Assembly (NCBI GenBank): GCA_965203485.1
Contig: OZ241892.1
Location: 2,464,001-2,528,000 of the forward strand
Direction: 5' to 3'
Source of the DNA: Longimicrobiales bacterium
GTDB taxonomy: Bacteria > Gemmatimonadota > Gemmatimonadetes > Longimicrobiales > Gaopeijiaceae
DNA: 64,000 nt
Positions 1-9,977 of this stretch are shown in pieces. The notes under the pieces are model-generated. The model saw only the letters and a list, made by a program, of their open reading frames with translations, did not search any database and was not told the origin of the DNA. Within the stretch, counting starts at the first letter, position 1. The number at the start of each line of letters is the position of its first letter. The translations under genes were made by a program, and so were the position numbers.

Positions 1-5
1 ATTCC

Positions 6-1643
6 ATGACGCGGCCCCCGCGGGCCGGAGCACGCCCACGCGCGACCCTCCTGTCCAAGTTGCCGGACGGCCCAGCCTTCTGGACGCTGGTCCTTGCGCT
101 GGGCGTCGCGGCCACGCAACTCGGGAGCTTCGGCGAGGAGACGTTGCACTCGGACGAACACTGCTTCCTCCTCATGGCCGCGCACGTGCTGGACGGAAAT
201 CTTCCGGGCGACGGACTCTTCGACATCAAGCCGCCGCTGTTTTTCTACATGTTGGCCGGAGCATTCGCAGTCTTCGGCGAGACGCTGGGCGTGGCGCGGC
301 TGTTCGGGGACGTGACGACTCTGGCGCTCTGCTTGGTCACGTTCGCGGTTGCCCGCCGGTGGACGGGACCAGGCCCCGCCGGGCTGGGCGCGCTGCTGGT
401 CGTCGCCGCGACGGCGGGCTACACGGGTCAAGCGACCCTGACGGACGCGCCGGCGATGGCTCTGCTCATGGCCAGCATGGGGCTCCTGTTGGCGCGACGG
501 GGCGGCGCATGGACCGCGGCGCCCGCGGGCTTCCTGGCCTCGGCCGCCGCGCTGACGCGTCTCAATCTGGCGATTCCCGTCGCGGCGATGGCGGCGTGGC
601 TCGCGTTTCGAGCGCTGCGCAGGCCTGGTCCTGCGAAGTGGGCCTCGCTCGTCGCCTTTGCCGTTGCCGGACTGGCGCTGCCCGCCACCTTCCTGTTCCT
701 GTATTGGCGCGCGGACGCCCTTGCGGTTGCGCGACTGACGCTGATCGACGTGCCGCTGTCCTACGGCGGCCAAACGAGCGTGGGCGAGACCCTCGCGGGC
801 CAAGCGGCGGCGCTGTGGACCATTGCCCGCGGCAGGCCCGTTGCCGCCGTCGCTTTTGCCGGCGCCGCCGTCGCCGGCGCCGCCGCGGCGTTGCGAACGC
901 GCTCCACCCGGACGCGCGACGCCACTGCCGCGGCCGACGATGGCGGCGCTCCTGGGACAGCCGGCACCCGCCGGGTGGACGACGAATTCCTGCTGGCGGC
1001 CGTGCTGGCCGGCGCCGGAGTTGCCGTTGCGACGGCCGGCGTCGCGAGCACGCTCTACGCCTTCATGTGGATTCCCGTCGTTGCCGTCTACGCCGCCCGC
1101 GGCATCGGCTGGGGAGCCGCGCAGGCAAGGCGCCTGCCCAGGCCTTGGCCCGAGCGCGCCCGCGGGGCCGCCGCGGCCGCCGCGGCCGCCGCGACATCGG
1201 GTCTCTTGGCGTCGGCGCTGCACGACCGGGCAACGCGGCCGCCCCCGGTCCAGCCGTTGCGCCGCGCCGCCGAGGCCGTCGCGGCCGACCGCGTTCCGTC
1301 CGACCGCGTCTGGGCAGTCGACAGCCCCATCGTTTCGTGGTACCTGGACACCGAGTCCGTGGTGCCGCTCTCCTTCCCCCAGAACTTGGGCAAGCCAGCC
1401 GTCATGCGGCCGCTGACGGAATCGGGATACCTCGGTCCGCGTCCGCTGGAGGACGCCATGGCGGCGCAGCCGGCCTATCTGGTCGTCCGGTCCGACCATG
1501 GCGCGCCCTTCCGGCCGCCCGGCTTCATCGAGAGGCACGGCGCCCGGCAGGCCGAGCTCCTCGCCCGTTGGGTGCGCGACAACTACTCGCTCTTCCACGA
1601 CGCCGGAGGGGTCGCCGTGTACAAGGCGAACGCGCGCCCGTGA
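6..1643 (+). CDS. ArnT/PMT-like (GT-C fold) membrane glycosyltransferase
   Basis: Multi-TM protein with N-terminal luminal 'DE' motif (HSDEHCF) and 'DIKPPL', typical of GT39/GT83-like proteins. Confidence 0.7.
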   Translation: MTRPPRAGARPRATLLSKLPDGPAFWTLVLALGVAATQLGSFGEETLHSDEHCFLLMAAHVLDGNLPGDGLFDIKPPLFFYMLAGAFAVFGETLGVARLFGDVTTLALCLVTFAVARRWTGPGPAGLGALLVVAATAGYTGQATLTDAPAMALLMASMGLLLARRGGAWTAAPAGFLASAAALTRLNLAIPVAAMAAWLAFRALRRPGPAKWASLVAFAVAGLALPATFLFLYWRADALAVARLTLIDVPLSYGGQTSVGETLAGQAAALWTIARGRPVAAVAFAGAAVAGAAAALRTRSTRTRDATAAADDGGAPGTAGTRRVDDEFLLAAVLAGAGVAVATAGVASTLYAFMWIPVVAVYAARGIGWGAAQARRLPRPWPERARGAAAAAAAAATSGLLASALHDRATRPPPVQPLRRAAEAVAADRVPSDRVWAVDSPIVSWYLDTESVVPLSFPQNLGKPAVMRPLTESGYLGPRPLEDAMAAQPAYLVVRSDHGAPFRPPGFIERHGARQAELLARWVRDNYSLFHDAGGVAVYKANARP

Positions 1644-1671
1644 AGACGCGTGCCAAGGCGCGCGGCCGCTC

Positions 1672-4600
1672 GTGCCGATAGCGTCGCCCCGCCCCGCCGG
1701 CGCGTGGCGGAACGACTGGTCCCGGGCGCCCGTCGAGCCGCTCGGCGACTTCACGCCCGCGGCGCCCGTGAGCGTCGTCGTGCCCTACTACCAGACGCAT
1801 GCCGAGACGCTGCCCAAGACGCTGGCCGCCCTGGAGGGCCAGTCCTATCCGCGCAACCTCTTCGAGGTCGTGATCGTCGACGACGGCTCCGAACCCCCAT
1901 TGAATCGCCCGCGCAACGCCCCCTTCAAGGTCAGGGTCGTGCACCAGGAGCGGCGCGGTTTCGGGCTGGCCAGAGCCCGCAACAACGGCGCGCGCGCGGC
2001 CGCGCACGACATCCTCCTCTTTCTGGACAGCGACGTCCTCGCCGGCCCGGCTTGGATCGCCGCCCACGCCCGATGGCACCACGCGGTCGCCGACGCGCTG
2101 ACCGTCGGGCTCACCTCCTACGTCGCGACCAGCGACATCTGCGCCGAGACCGTTCGCCGAGCGGCCGGGGGGCTGGCCGGGCTCCTGGCCGGGCGGCCGA
2201 CCGACCCGCCGCGCGCCGAAGGGCTGCTCCGGCGCACCAACGACCTGAGAACCAAGGACGACGCCGTCTTCATGGCGATGGCCGGCAACAACTTCGGCAT
2301 CCGCAAGGAGTTCTACGCCGAGATCGGCGGCAGCGACGAGTCGTTCGCTCGCTGGGGATACGAAGACACCGAACTGGCGCACCGGGCCTACGTGCGCGGC
2401 GGGATGATCGCCCCCGCCCACGACGCCGTCGGGTGGCATCAGGGACGCTGGGAGAAGCACCGCAACCGCACGGGAAACCGCATCCAGCACGAGAAGGCGT
2501 CGCATCTGATCGCCCACCGGCTGTTTCGCCGGCGCCGTCCGGGCCGGGTGTTCGCGGTACCCGAGTTCGCGGTGACGCTCGACGCCGGCGATCTCGAGGC
2601 CGAGCGGGTGGCCGACGGCGTGGCGCTGCTCCTGGCCGACCGCGTGCACGACCTCGTAGTGAGAATCGTCGTGCGGGACGCAGACGGCGACGAGCGGACC
2701 GCGAGGCTGCGCGAGGCGTTCGGCGCGGACCCGCGAGTCCGCATCTCGGAGAGCGGAAACGCGATGGACGACTTCCCGGCTTCGCCGTTCCATGTTCTTC
2801 TGCCGTCTCGCGCGTCGTTCTCGCGTCACGTGGTGCACCGCTTGCGGGCTCGGCTCCGCAACGCGGCCGTGGCCCGCGTTCAACTGGCCGACGGCGACAG
2901 GGTGGAGATCGCCCGCGCCTGGGCTCTCCACCGCGCCCGGCGAGCGGGAGGGCGGCCCGAGGACTTCGGCGACCTGCGGATGCTGTCGTCTCGCACACTG
3001 CGGACGAGCGCGGGGCGACGATCCCTGGCCGCCGGGGCGCGGCCTTGGCGCGAGCCCCATCCGAAGCGCCGCCGCTTGGCCGATTCCTTGCGCTTGGTGG
3101 AGAGCCCCGCCGATGCCTGGACTTGGCTGAAGTGGGTCGGCTACCGATGCTCGCAGGAGGCGCGCCGACGAGGAGACGGGCTCTGGCGAAAGACGGTCCA
3201 AGCCGCGGAATCGTCCAAAGGGGGACCGGTCCCTGCGGTCGCCGCAGTCTTGTGGCGAACGGCCAACCGCAGGCGCCTCGTTCCCTGGCACGCGAGGCAC
3301 GCGACTCGCGCCGCGGTGGCCCGCACCGCTGGAGCCTGGAGCACGCTGGCAGGCGCCTTCCGCGCGCCGGCGTCCCCCGGCGCCGCCATGACCGGCGAGA
3401 CCAGCGAACCAGTCCCGAGCAAGACGGACGGCTCTCGGACCGGCCGCGCGCCCCACCGCATGGAACGCTCGCCCCCGAACGCGGCCCCGGAGACGGCTCG
3501 GTCCCGCGAGCGTCCCCGAACCGGCATGGACCGGCGGCCCGCGCCCCCGAACGCGGCGCCCGGCGCGGTCCCACCGTTCGACGCCCGCGTGTGGAACCCC
3601 GTCCGCTGGCGCCGGACCGTCGGCGGCCGCGTGGGCGCTCTGGGACCGCTCCAGCGCCTGCCGCCTGGCGTCTACGCCGATTCCGCGGTCCGGCCCAACG
3701 ACGTCTTCGCCCTGCGACGGCTGCACCACGTAAAGGACGTGGCCGCGTTCCACACGAGCGCGGAGGCCCGCGCGGCCACCTTGGCTCGCGTCGCCGGCAC
3801 CGGCGCACTGGTTCACTTGGCGGACGAATGTCCCGACCTCGGCCGTCTCCTGGGCGAGGAACTCCACAGTCTCATGATGGAGGACCCTGCCGGTCTCGAT
3901 GCGGCCGGTCGCGAAGCGCTTAGCGTCCGCTTGCGCCGCTTGGCGCTCCGCGACCACTCGACGGCCGGGCGGGCAGCTCCGCGCCTTCGACGGGCTCCGG
4001 GAGCCGGCCCGCGCCCGGACACACGCGGCGAGCCGCCGGTCGCGGCGGGGCCTCAGTCCCTCGGTCCCTCCGCCTCTTCCCGCAAGCACGACGAGTTGCC
4101 GGTCGTGTCGGTGCTGCTGGCTACCCGCCGCCCGGAGCTTCTGCCGCGTGCGCTCGAGGCCGTGGCCCGGCAGACCTACCCCCGCCTTGAACTCGTCCTT
4201 GCGCTGCACGGCGACGGCTTCGGCAGGTCCGGCCCGGCTGCCGACCTCCCCTGCCCCGGCAAGACGTTGCGTTTCCCCTCGCACGAGACCCTTGGCACGG
4301 TGCTGGGCAAGGCCGCGGCGGCCTCGCGCGGCCATCTGCTCGCCAAGATGGACGACGACGACGCGTACGACGACGACCACGTCTGGGACTTGGTTCTGGC
4401 CCGCGCGTATTCGGGAGCGCAACTGGTCAGCAAGGGACTGGAATTCGTATATTTGGCCGCGGCGAACACGACGGTCCACCTGCACGCGGGGCGTGGCGAG
4501 GACTATCGTACGATGACGTTCACCGGAGGCACGATGTTGATTTCGCGCCGAGACCTCGCTCGCGCCGGCGGATGGCCGCGCTCGCGCCGGGGCGTGGACA

Positions 4601-4824
4601 AGGAGCTGGTCGAACGCGTCTTGCGGGCGCGCGGATGCGTCTACCGGACCCATGGATTCGGGTACTTGATGATCCGGCGGCCGGCCGGCCACACCTGGGT
4701 GCAGACGGACGACTACTTCCTGGACAAGGCCGAGACCGCGGCGCCGGGATGGAATCCGGCGCTGGCCGGCCTGCCCTCCGTCCAGCGTCCCCCGGTCCTC
4801 GGCGCGCCGGGACGGACTTCATGA
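1672..4824 (+). CDS. Large glycosyltransferase with two GT2 domains
   Basis: N-terminal VSVVVPYY...FEVVIVDDGS...LFLDSD plus GGSDESFARWGYEDTE; C-terminal VSVLLATRRP...AKMDDDD. Start uncertain (GTG 1672 chosen within ORF 1498..4824). Confidence 0.8.
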   Translation: MPIASPRPAGAWRNDWSRAPVEPLGDFTPAAPVSVVVPYYQTHAETLPKTLAALEGQSYPRNLFEVVIVDDGSEPPLNRPRNAPFKVRVVHQERRGFGLARARNNGARAAAHDILLFLDSDVLAGPAWIAAHARWHHAVADALTVGLTSYVATSDICAETVRRAAGGLAGLLAGRPTDPPRAEGLLRRTNDLRTKDDAVFMAMAGNNFGIRKEFYAEIGGSDESFARWGYEDTELAHRAYVRGGMIAPAHDAVGWHQGRWEKHRNRTGNRIQHEKASHLIAHRLFRRRRPGRVFAVPEFAVTLDAGDLEAERVADGVALLLADRVHDLVVRIVVRDADGDERTARLREAFGADPRVRISESGNAMDDFPASPFHVLLPSRASFSRHVVHRLRARLRNAAVARVQLADGDRVEIARAWALHRARRAGGRPEDFGDLRMLSSRTLRTSAGRRSLAAGARPWREPHPKRRRLADSLRLVESPADAWTWLKWVGYRCSQEARRRGDGLWRKTVQAAESSKGGPVPAVAAVLWRTANRRRLVPWHARHATRAAVARTAGAWSTLAGAFRAPASPGAAMTGETSEPVPSKTDGSRTGRAPHRMERSPPNAAPETARSRERPRTGMDRRPAPPNAAPGAVPPFDARVWNPVRWRRTVGGRVGALGPLQRLPPGVYADSAVRPNDVFALRRLHHVKDVAAFHTSAEARAATLARVAGTGALVHLADECPDLGRLLGEELHSLMMEDPAGLDAAGREALSVRLRRLALRDHSTAGRAAPRLRRAPGAGPRPDTRGEPPVAAGPQSLGPSASSRKHDELPVVSVLLATRRPELLPRALEAVARQTYPRLELVLALHGDGFGRSGPAADLPCPGKTLRFPSHETLGTVLGKAAAASRGHLLAKMDDDDAYDDDHVWDLVLARAYSGAQLVSKGLEFVYLAAANTTVHLHAGRGEDYRTMTFTGGTMLISRRDLARAGGWPRSRRGVDKELVERVLRARGCVYRTHGFGYLMIRRPAGHTWVQTDDYFLDKAETAAPGWNPALAGLPSVQRPPVLGAPGRTS

Positions 4825-5726
4825 TCCCGCCGCGCACGAGGGCCCGTCCCCACGGCGATCCGGCGCGTCCATCGCGCAGAGCGCGCCGCGCCGGGCGGCT
4901 CGCGTCGCTCGCCCGGCGCCCAAGCGTGGTCGGAGACCTCGCCACCAAACTGATTCGCGGACGAGTCGGCGATGCGCTGCGGATCGCCCGCACCGCCTCG
5001 GGCGAACCGGACCTGGGGGCCGAGAAGATCGTGTCGCACAAGTTCCGGTGCCTGTGGCTGTGCAATCCGAAAGTGGCGTCGCGGAGCATCGCTGGAGCGT
5101 TGCTGGAAGCGGATCCGGGCGCCGAAGTGGTTTCCGGCTTGAGCGCCCCGGAGCTGCTGGCCGCGCGCCCGGAATTGAACGAGTACTTCAGCTTTGCGTT
5201 CGTGCGTCGCCCCGTTGGCCGGGCGCTGTCGCTTCATGCGGAACTCCGCTTCGGCGAACAGCGCAACCGGGGCCGCCAGCGGCGCGCGAAGAAGGAAAAG
5301 CGCGAGTGGTTCTTCGCCCGCTACCCCGGGTTGGAAGACGCCTGCACGTTCGACCGGTTTTGCCGTTGGCTGAGCACCCCTTACGGCTCCGACGACTTCG
5401 CGGACCGCCATTTCCTGTCGCAACACGTGCAGATCCGCTTGAGCGACGGACGCTTGCCTCGCTTCGTGGGCCGGCTCGAGAACATCGACGCCGACTGGAA
5501 GACCCTTGCGGCGAGGCTGGGGATGCCCGCGCGACCCCTTGCGATGCTGAACACGATGTCCGGGTGGAACCCCGATCCAGCGGTCGCACGCCATGTCCGC
5601 CGAGTCGTGGAACGGCAAGTCGCTCCGTTTGCCCGCACGCTGTTGCGCGCTCGCTACGCGGAAGACTACCGAGTCGCGGACGCAACGCCCCGCGAAGCAG
5701 GCCCGGAACGGACCGATGCGGCATGA
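4821..5726 (+). CDS. Sulfotransferase family 2 protein
   Basis: NPKVASRSI (PAPS 5'-PSB), FAFVRRP..RALS, DRHFLSQ, FVGRLENI; ATGA overlap with upstream stop. Confidence 0.8.
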   Translation: MIPPRTRARPHGDPARPSRRARRAGRLASLARRPSVVGDLATKLIRGRVGDALRIARTASGEPDLGAEKIVSHKFRCLWLCNPKVASRSIAGALLEADPGAEVVSGLSAPELLAARPELNEYFSFAFVRRPVGRALSLHAELRFGEQRNRGRQRRAKKEKREWFFARYPGLEDACTFDRFCRWLSTPYGSDDFADRHFLSQHVQIRLSDGRLPRFVGRLENIDADWKTLAARLGMPARPLAMLNTMSGWNPDPAVARHVRRVVERQVAPFARTLLRARYAEDYRVADATPREAGPERTDAA

Positions 5727-6355
5727 TGACCCGCCCCCCTCCGGTTCCACGGGGCGCGGGCGCGATGACTACCGGCGACGGCGCAGCCGCGTTGCGTTGG
5801 TTGCGCGTGCTTGGCGCCATCCTGGACCAAGCCACGTGCTTGCGCAATCGCCGTCCAGCGCCCCTGGAGACCGGTCTGGACGCCCTCTTGCTGCTGTGGT
5901 CCGAGCTGGCGTCGCACGGCGGTTCCATCTACTGGATCGGCAACGGCGGCACCGCCGCGTTGGTTTCGCACATGTCCCAAGATGTTCTAAACCAGTGCGG
6001 AATCAGATCCATGACCTTGAACGATCCCTCTCTCATTACCTGCATGGCGAACGACTTCGGCTATGAGAACGTCTTCAGGCGTCCGCTCGAAGTCATGGCG
6101 ACAAAGGGCGACTTGCTCATTGCCGTTTCCAGCTCCGGGGAATCCGAGAACATCGTTTCGGCTGCCAAGGCGGCGCTCGACGCAGGCCTGCGATTGGTCA
6201 CTTTGTCGGCGTTCTCGTCCGAGAACCGGTTGCGCGCGTTGTCGGCGGAGTTGTCCTTCCATGTGCCCGTCAACACCTGCTCGCACGCGGAACTCGCCCA
6301 CGAAGCGCTGCTTCACGCCGTGGTAGACACTTTCAAGCTCCGGCGGACTTGCTAG
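5723..6355 (+). CDS. gmhA: SIS-domain phosphoheptose isomerase (GmhA-like)
   Basis: GNGGTAA..SH, ANDFGYENVF, SSSGESENI motifs; ATGA overlap with upstream gene. Confidence 0.75.
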   Translation: MMTRPPPVPRGAGAMTTGDGAAALRWLRVLGAILDQATCLRNRRPAPLETGLDALLLLWSELASHGGSIYWIGNGGTAALVSHMSQDVLNQCGIRSMTLNDPSLITCMANDFGYENVFRRPLEVMATKGDLLIAVSSSGESENIVSAAKAALDAGLRLVTLSAFSSENRLRALSAELSFHVPVNTCSHAELAHEALLHAVVDTFKLRRTC

Positions 6356-6402
6356 CTTGTAGACAGGCGGCCCGGCAGGCGGTGTCGGCGAGGGAGATTT
6401 AG

Positions 6403-7389
6403 TTGATCATCACTAGGACGCCGTACCGGATCACCTTCGCAGGCGGCGGAACGGATTATCCCGAATACTTTCGTGGCCGCGGGAGCATCGCGATCAACGC
6501 CGCCATCAACAAGCACTTGTATGTCCTCCTCACTGAGCGGCTGGACAGCCGCACGCGAATAGCCTACTTCCGCGGCGCGGAGCTCCTGCAGGACTTGAAC
6601 AAAATGCAGCACGAGATCGTTCGGGCCGTGTTGCAGAGATACGGGATAACGGGCGGCATCGAAATCGCCACGATAGGCGAGGTTCCGGCCGAAGCAGGGC
6701 TTGGCTCCAGCAGTGCCGTCACCGTCGGCTTGGTGCACGCCGTGCGCACGCACTTGGGCTTGGCGTGCAACCCGCAAGTCCTGGCCGAGGAGGCCATCGT
6801 CGTCGAGACGGAAATTCTCAAGCGTCCGACTGGATGGCAAGATCCCTGGGGCGTTTCATTTCCGGGCATCAAGGCTATTTCCTTCGGTCCGGAAGGCGAC
6901 ACGCGACTAGAGCCGCTTGCGTTGTCGCCGACTCAGCAATGCGAGCTGGAGCGGCATTCGCTGCTCGTGTTCACGCAACAGTTGCGGAGAGCCGAATCGA
7001 CGCTGGCGGAACAACGTGAGAATGCGGTGCACAACACCGCAGTTTTGGACGAGATTCGGCACCTAGCGACGAGAGTGCGGGCATGCCTCGACATGGATAT
7101 GATGGACTGCATCGATCTCCCGTCGCTCGCCGCCCTCTTGACCGAGCACTGGCAAGCCAAGAAGACGCTCGCATGCAACATCACCAGCTCGCGGATCAAC
7201 CGGTTCTACGAGACCGGGATGGACTCGGGGGCATGGGGCGGGAAGCTCCTCGGAGCGGGAAACGGAGGCTTCCTGTTCTTTTTGGCTCCCGAAGAGAAGC
7301 AGTCGGACATGGTGTCGCGCATGGGGTCGCCGATCACGATACGCCCGCAACTCGATCGCGAGGGTGCATGCGTGGTCTACGCGAACTAG
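6403..7389 (+). CDS. hddA: GHMP kinase, D-glycero-alpha-D-manno-heptose-7-phosphate kinase-like
   Basis: IITRTPYRITFAGGGTD, GLGSSS, GGKLLGAGNGGF motifs. Confidence 0.8.
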   Translation: MIITRTPYRITFAGGGTDYPEYFRGRGSIAINAAINKHLYVLLTERLDSRTRIAYFRGAELLQDLNKMQHEIVRAVLQRYGITGGIEIATIGEVPAEAGLGSSSAVTVGLVHAVRTHLGLACNPQVLAEEAIVVETEILKRPTGWQDPWGVSFPGIKAISFGPEGDTRLEPLALSPTQQCELERHSLLVFTQQLRRAESTLAEQRENAVHNTAVLDEIRHLATRVRACLDMDMMDCIDLPSLAALLTEHWQAKKTLACNITSSRINRFYETGMDSGAWGGKLLGAGNGGFLFFLAPEEKQSDMVSRMGSPITIRPQLDREGACVVYAN

Positions 7390-7502
7390 TCTCAATCTCC
7401 GGCGCGGCGTCGGCTCGACCGCCTCGCCGCCGTGTTCGCGATGCCGCCTGTACCGCCGACCGTCGGCGCGACGTCGTGCAACCAACCCCTCGTCGGCCGC
7501 TT

Positions 7503-9029
7503 TTGAACCGGGCATCGGCGTGGCTCCCGGCCGTGCTCGCCGCGACCTACGTGCTGGTGTGCTGGTCGGATCCGATCGGGCCTCACGTTTGGTCTCCCTT
7601 GGGCGAGCACATGCTCCATGGGGACAGCCCGTCGTACTTTCCCTCCTCCTCAGCGATCCGCTACCGCACGTTGGGATATCCGGCTTTCCTTCAAGCAGTT
7701 CTGATTGTCACCCAGACGCTGGAAGCCGTGCCCAGGATCCAAGTGCTCCTCCTAGCTGCTTCGGTCGTGTTCATGGGATGGGCGGTGGGCCGTGCCCTTG
7801 GGGGGCGCCCCGCGTGGACGGTGGCGCTGGTCGTCATCGTGCTTGGCCTGAGCACCGTACCCCGGTTCCATGCATACGTGCTCTCCGAAGGGCTGTTCGT
7901 GCCGTTGTCGTGCGTCGTGGCCGGACTCCTGGTCTTGTTCTTGGCCAAGCCGACGCCATGGTTGGCCACCGGCTTGGCGTCGGCCCTCGGCATTGCCGTC
8001 ACCGTACGGCCCTCGGGGCTGTTCTTTGCAGTGGCTGGGCCCTTCGTCCTCTGGCTGGTCTGGGATCGATGCAAGGGGACGAGATGGCGAATAACGGTGG
8101 CAGCGGCGCTGCCGATGATCGTCATCGTCGCCGCCGAGCAGGTCGGCCGAGGCTTCGTCGAGAACGCATCCCGAGGGACGCCGGCCGGAGCCATGCATAG
8201 GCGGATATTCAGCAAGGCGGTCATGATCAAGTCCGAGCCCGTGCTGCCCGGTCGCGTGCAACGAGACGCGCCATTGGCCGCGTTCGTCGCGGAGGCTCGC
8301 GCCAGCGCGGCTCCCCTGCGCGACCTCGTGCAGCGATCGCCGGACTGGCGCATTCGCGCCGTCCTCTTGCGCAACGCGGAGGCAGCGGGGGAATTCCCCA
8401 GATACTGGAGAGAGATCGGCTGGCGAGCTGCCGACTTGGGCGAGGTGCGCGGCAAGACCGGCGAAGCGCTGGTGGGCGAACTGGGCCGGACCATGTTGCT
8501 TTCAAGGCCGGATGAATGGGCGGCCAACGCCATCCTTCACTGGAGGGCGCTGTGGTTCTTGTACTCGATCAACGACGCCGGCCTGACCGCTCGCCATGCC
8601 TCGTTGGTGGAAGGGATGGAACACGATCCCGTATTTCAGGAAGCCGCCGTCGTCGCTCCGGTTGCCGTGCGGCCCGAAGCGCCATGGATTGTCTTCGGTG
8701 GTCGGCTGGGCGCCCTAGCATCCCTTCTCGCATCGGCAGCCGCAGTCGTGCTCTGCGTGGCGGAACGATTCCGGCTGGAACCGAGGCGCAGGGACGCCGG
8801 CTTGGCGGCCGCCGCCGCGACCAGCTTGATGGCGCACTGCTACATGTTCGGCATCGCGGTCGTGGCGCATGCTCATCTTCGCTACGCGGTCGCCATCTGG
8901 CCCTTGCAGGCAGTCTACTGCACGCTCGTGGCTCGATGGGCGGCCTGCCGGTGGACCGACCGCAGGCGGCGAACGGCCGCGAACGCTCCGCACCTGCCGA
9001 CCCCAGCTACAGCAATCAACGCGAGATAG
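7503..9029 (+). CDS. Multi-pass membrane protein, GT-C-like glycan modification/transfer enzyme
   Basis: GDSPSY..RTLGYP, LSEGLF, VRPSG and C-terminal RY motifs with many TM helices; start uncertain. Confidence 0.6.
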   Translation: MNRASAWLPAVLAATYVLVCWSDPIGPHVWSPLGEHMLHGDSPSYFPSSSAIRYRTLGYPAFLQAVLIVTQTLEAVPRIQVLLLAASVVFMGWAVGRALGGRPAWTVALVVIVLGLSTVPRFHAYVLSEGLFVPLSCVVAGLLVLFLAKPTPWLATGLASALGIAVTVRPSGLFFAVAGPFVLWLVWDRCKGTRWRITVAAALPMIVIVAAEQVGRGFVENASRGTPAGAMHRRIFSKAVMIKSEPVLPGRVQRDAPLAAFVAEARASAAPLRDLVQRSPDWRIRAVLLRNAEAAGEFPRYWREIGWRAADLGEVRGKTGEALVGELGRTMLLSRPDEWAANAILHWRALWFLYSINDAGLTARHASLVEGMEHDPVFQEAAVVAPVAVRPEAPWIVFGGRLGALASLLASAAAVVLCVAERFRLEPRRRDAGLAAAAATSLMAHCYMFGIAVVAHAHLRYAVAIWPLQAVYCTLVARWAACRWTDRRRRTAANAPHLPTPATAINAR

Positions 9030-9257
9030 GCGACGATGCCGCAGGCCACGCCGCGCCCGTCTCCCACCACGACCCCCGGCGGCCCGTTGACGACTTGACG
9101 GAACGCCGACGAGCGGCCCATCTTCCGTTCTTTCGGGTTCCGTGTTGCCCGCACCGGGAACGGTCCGCTCGCCGCCCTTTCCTGCGGCTCGGCTGGGCGG
9201 CCCCAGGCACGGCCGACCGTGCGAAACGCCGCCGCAGGAGGAGACGGGATCAATCAA

Positions 9258-9854
9258 ATGGGCCGTTGCCACATGCAACGCGTCGGGAAGCCCTTGCCGA
9301 TGCCAATGACGCAACTTCGCTCTCCCAGCGTCGCAAGGCTCGTCCTCGCCGTCGGGGTCTTGGCGCCTCTGGCCGTTGCGTGCGACTTGGCCGCGCCGTC
9401 GCCGCAAACGGCGGACGCGCCGGAGGCGTCGCAGGCGCCCGCGGCCGACAAGGCGACGGCCCTCGGCGCCCCTCGGGCTCCGAGCCGCTACCTCGACCTT
9501 GGGCCGATCGTCTACGTGGACGGCATCCGGGTGGACGAGGCAACGCTGGAGACGGCAACCTTGTTGCCGCACGTGAGGCCCGAGGACATCGTGCGCATCG
9601 AAGTCGCCAAGGGCGAGGCGGCGGAGGCCATCTGGGGAGAGGAGGCCGCAAGCGGCGTGATTCAGGTGTTTACGAAGGCGTTCCAGCCGAACGACGCGAC
9701 CGGAGCGGAGGCGCATGGAGTCGAGCCGAACGGGCAATCGAATTCCGCGCGGATCGAGGGAATGCGCATCCGCATCCGCGGGACGGGCGACCCGCCTTCG
9801 GAGAGGAGCGCCGCCGTCGAGAGGGTCCGGAACGACGCCGCGCCCAAGAAGTGA
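9258..9854 (+). CDS. Lipoprotein with TonB-dependent receptor plug-like domain
   Basis: LAVAC lipobox; PIVYVDGI...PEDIVRIEVAKGEAAEAIWGEEAASGVIQVFTK. Confidence 0.6.
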   Translation: MGRCHMQRVGKPLPMPMTQLRSPSVARLVLAVGVLAPLAVACDLAAPSPQTADAPEASQAPAADKATALGAPRAPSRYLDLGPIVYVDGIRVDEATLETATLLPHVRPEDIVRIEVAKGEAAEAIWGEEAASGVIQVFTKAFQPNDATGAEAHGVEPNGQSNSARIEGMRIRIRGTGDPPSERSAAVERVRNDAAPKK

Positions 9855-9977
9855 CTGCGGCGCCGAGACTGCGCCGCAGGCCGTCTTGGGCGACGGTTCG
9901 CCGCGAGACGGGCCGCCCTCCGGACGCGAGTGGAACGATCGCCCGCAAGTGTTCGCCCGGCCTGACGCCCTGACAGC

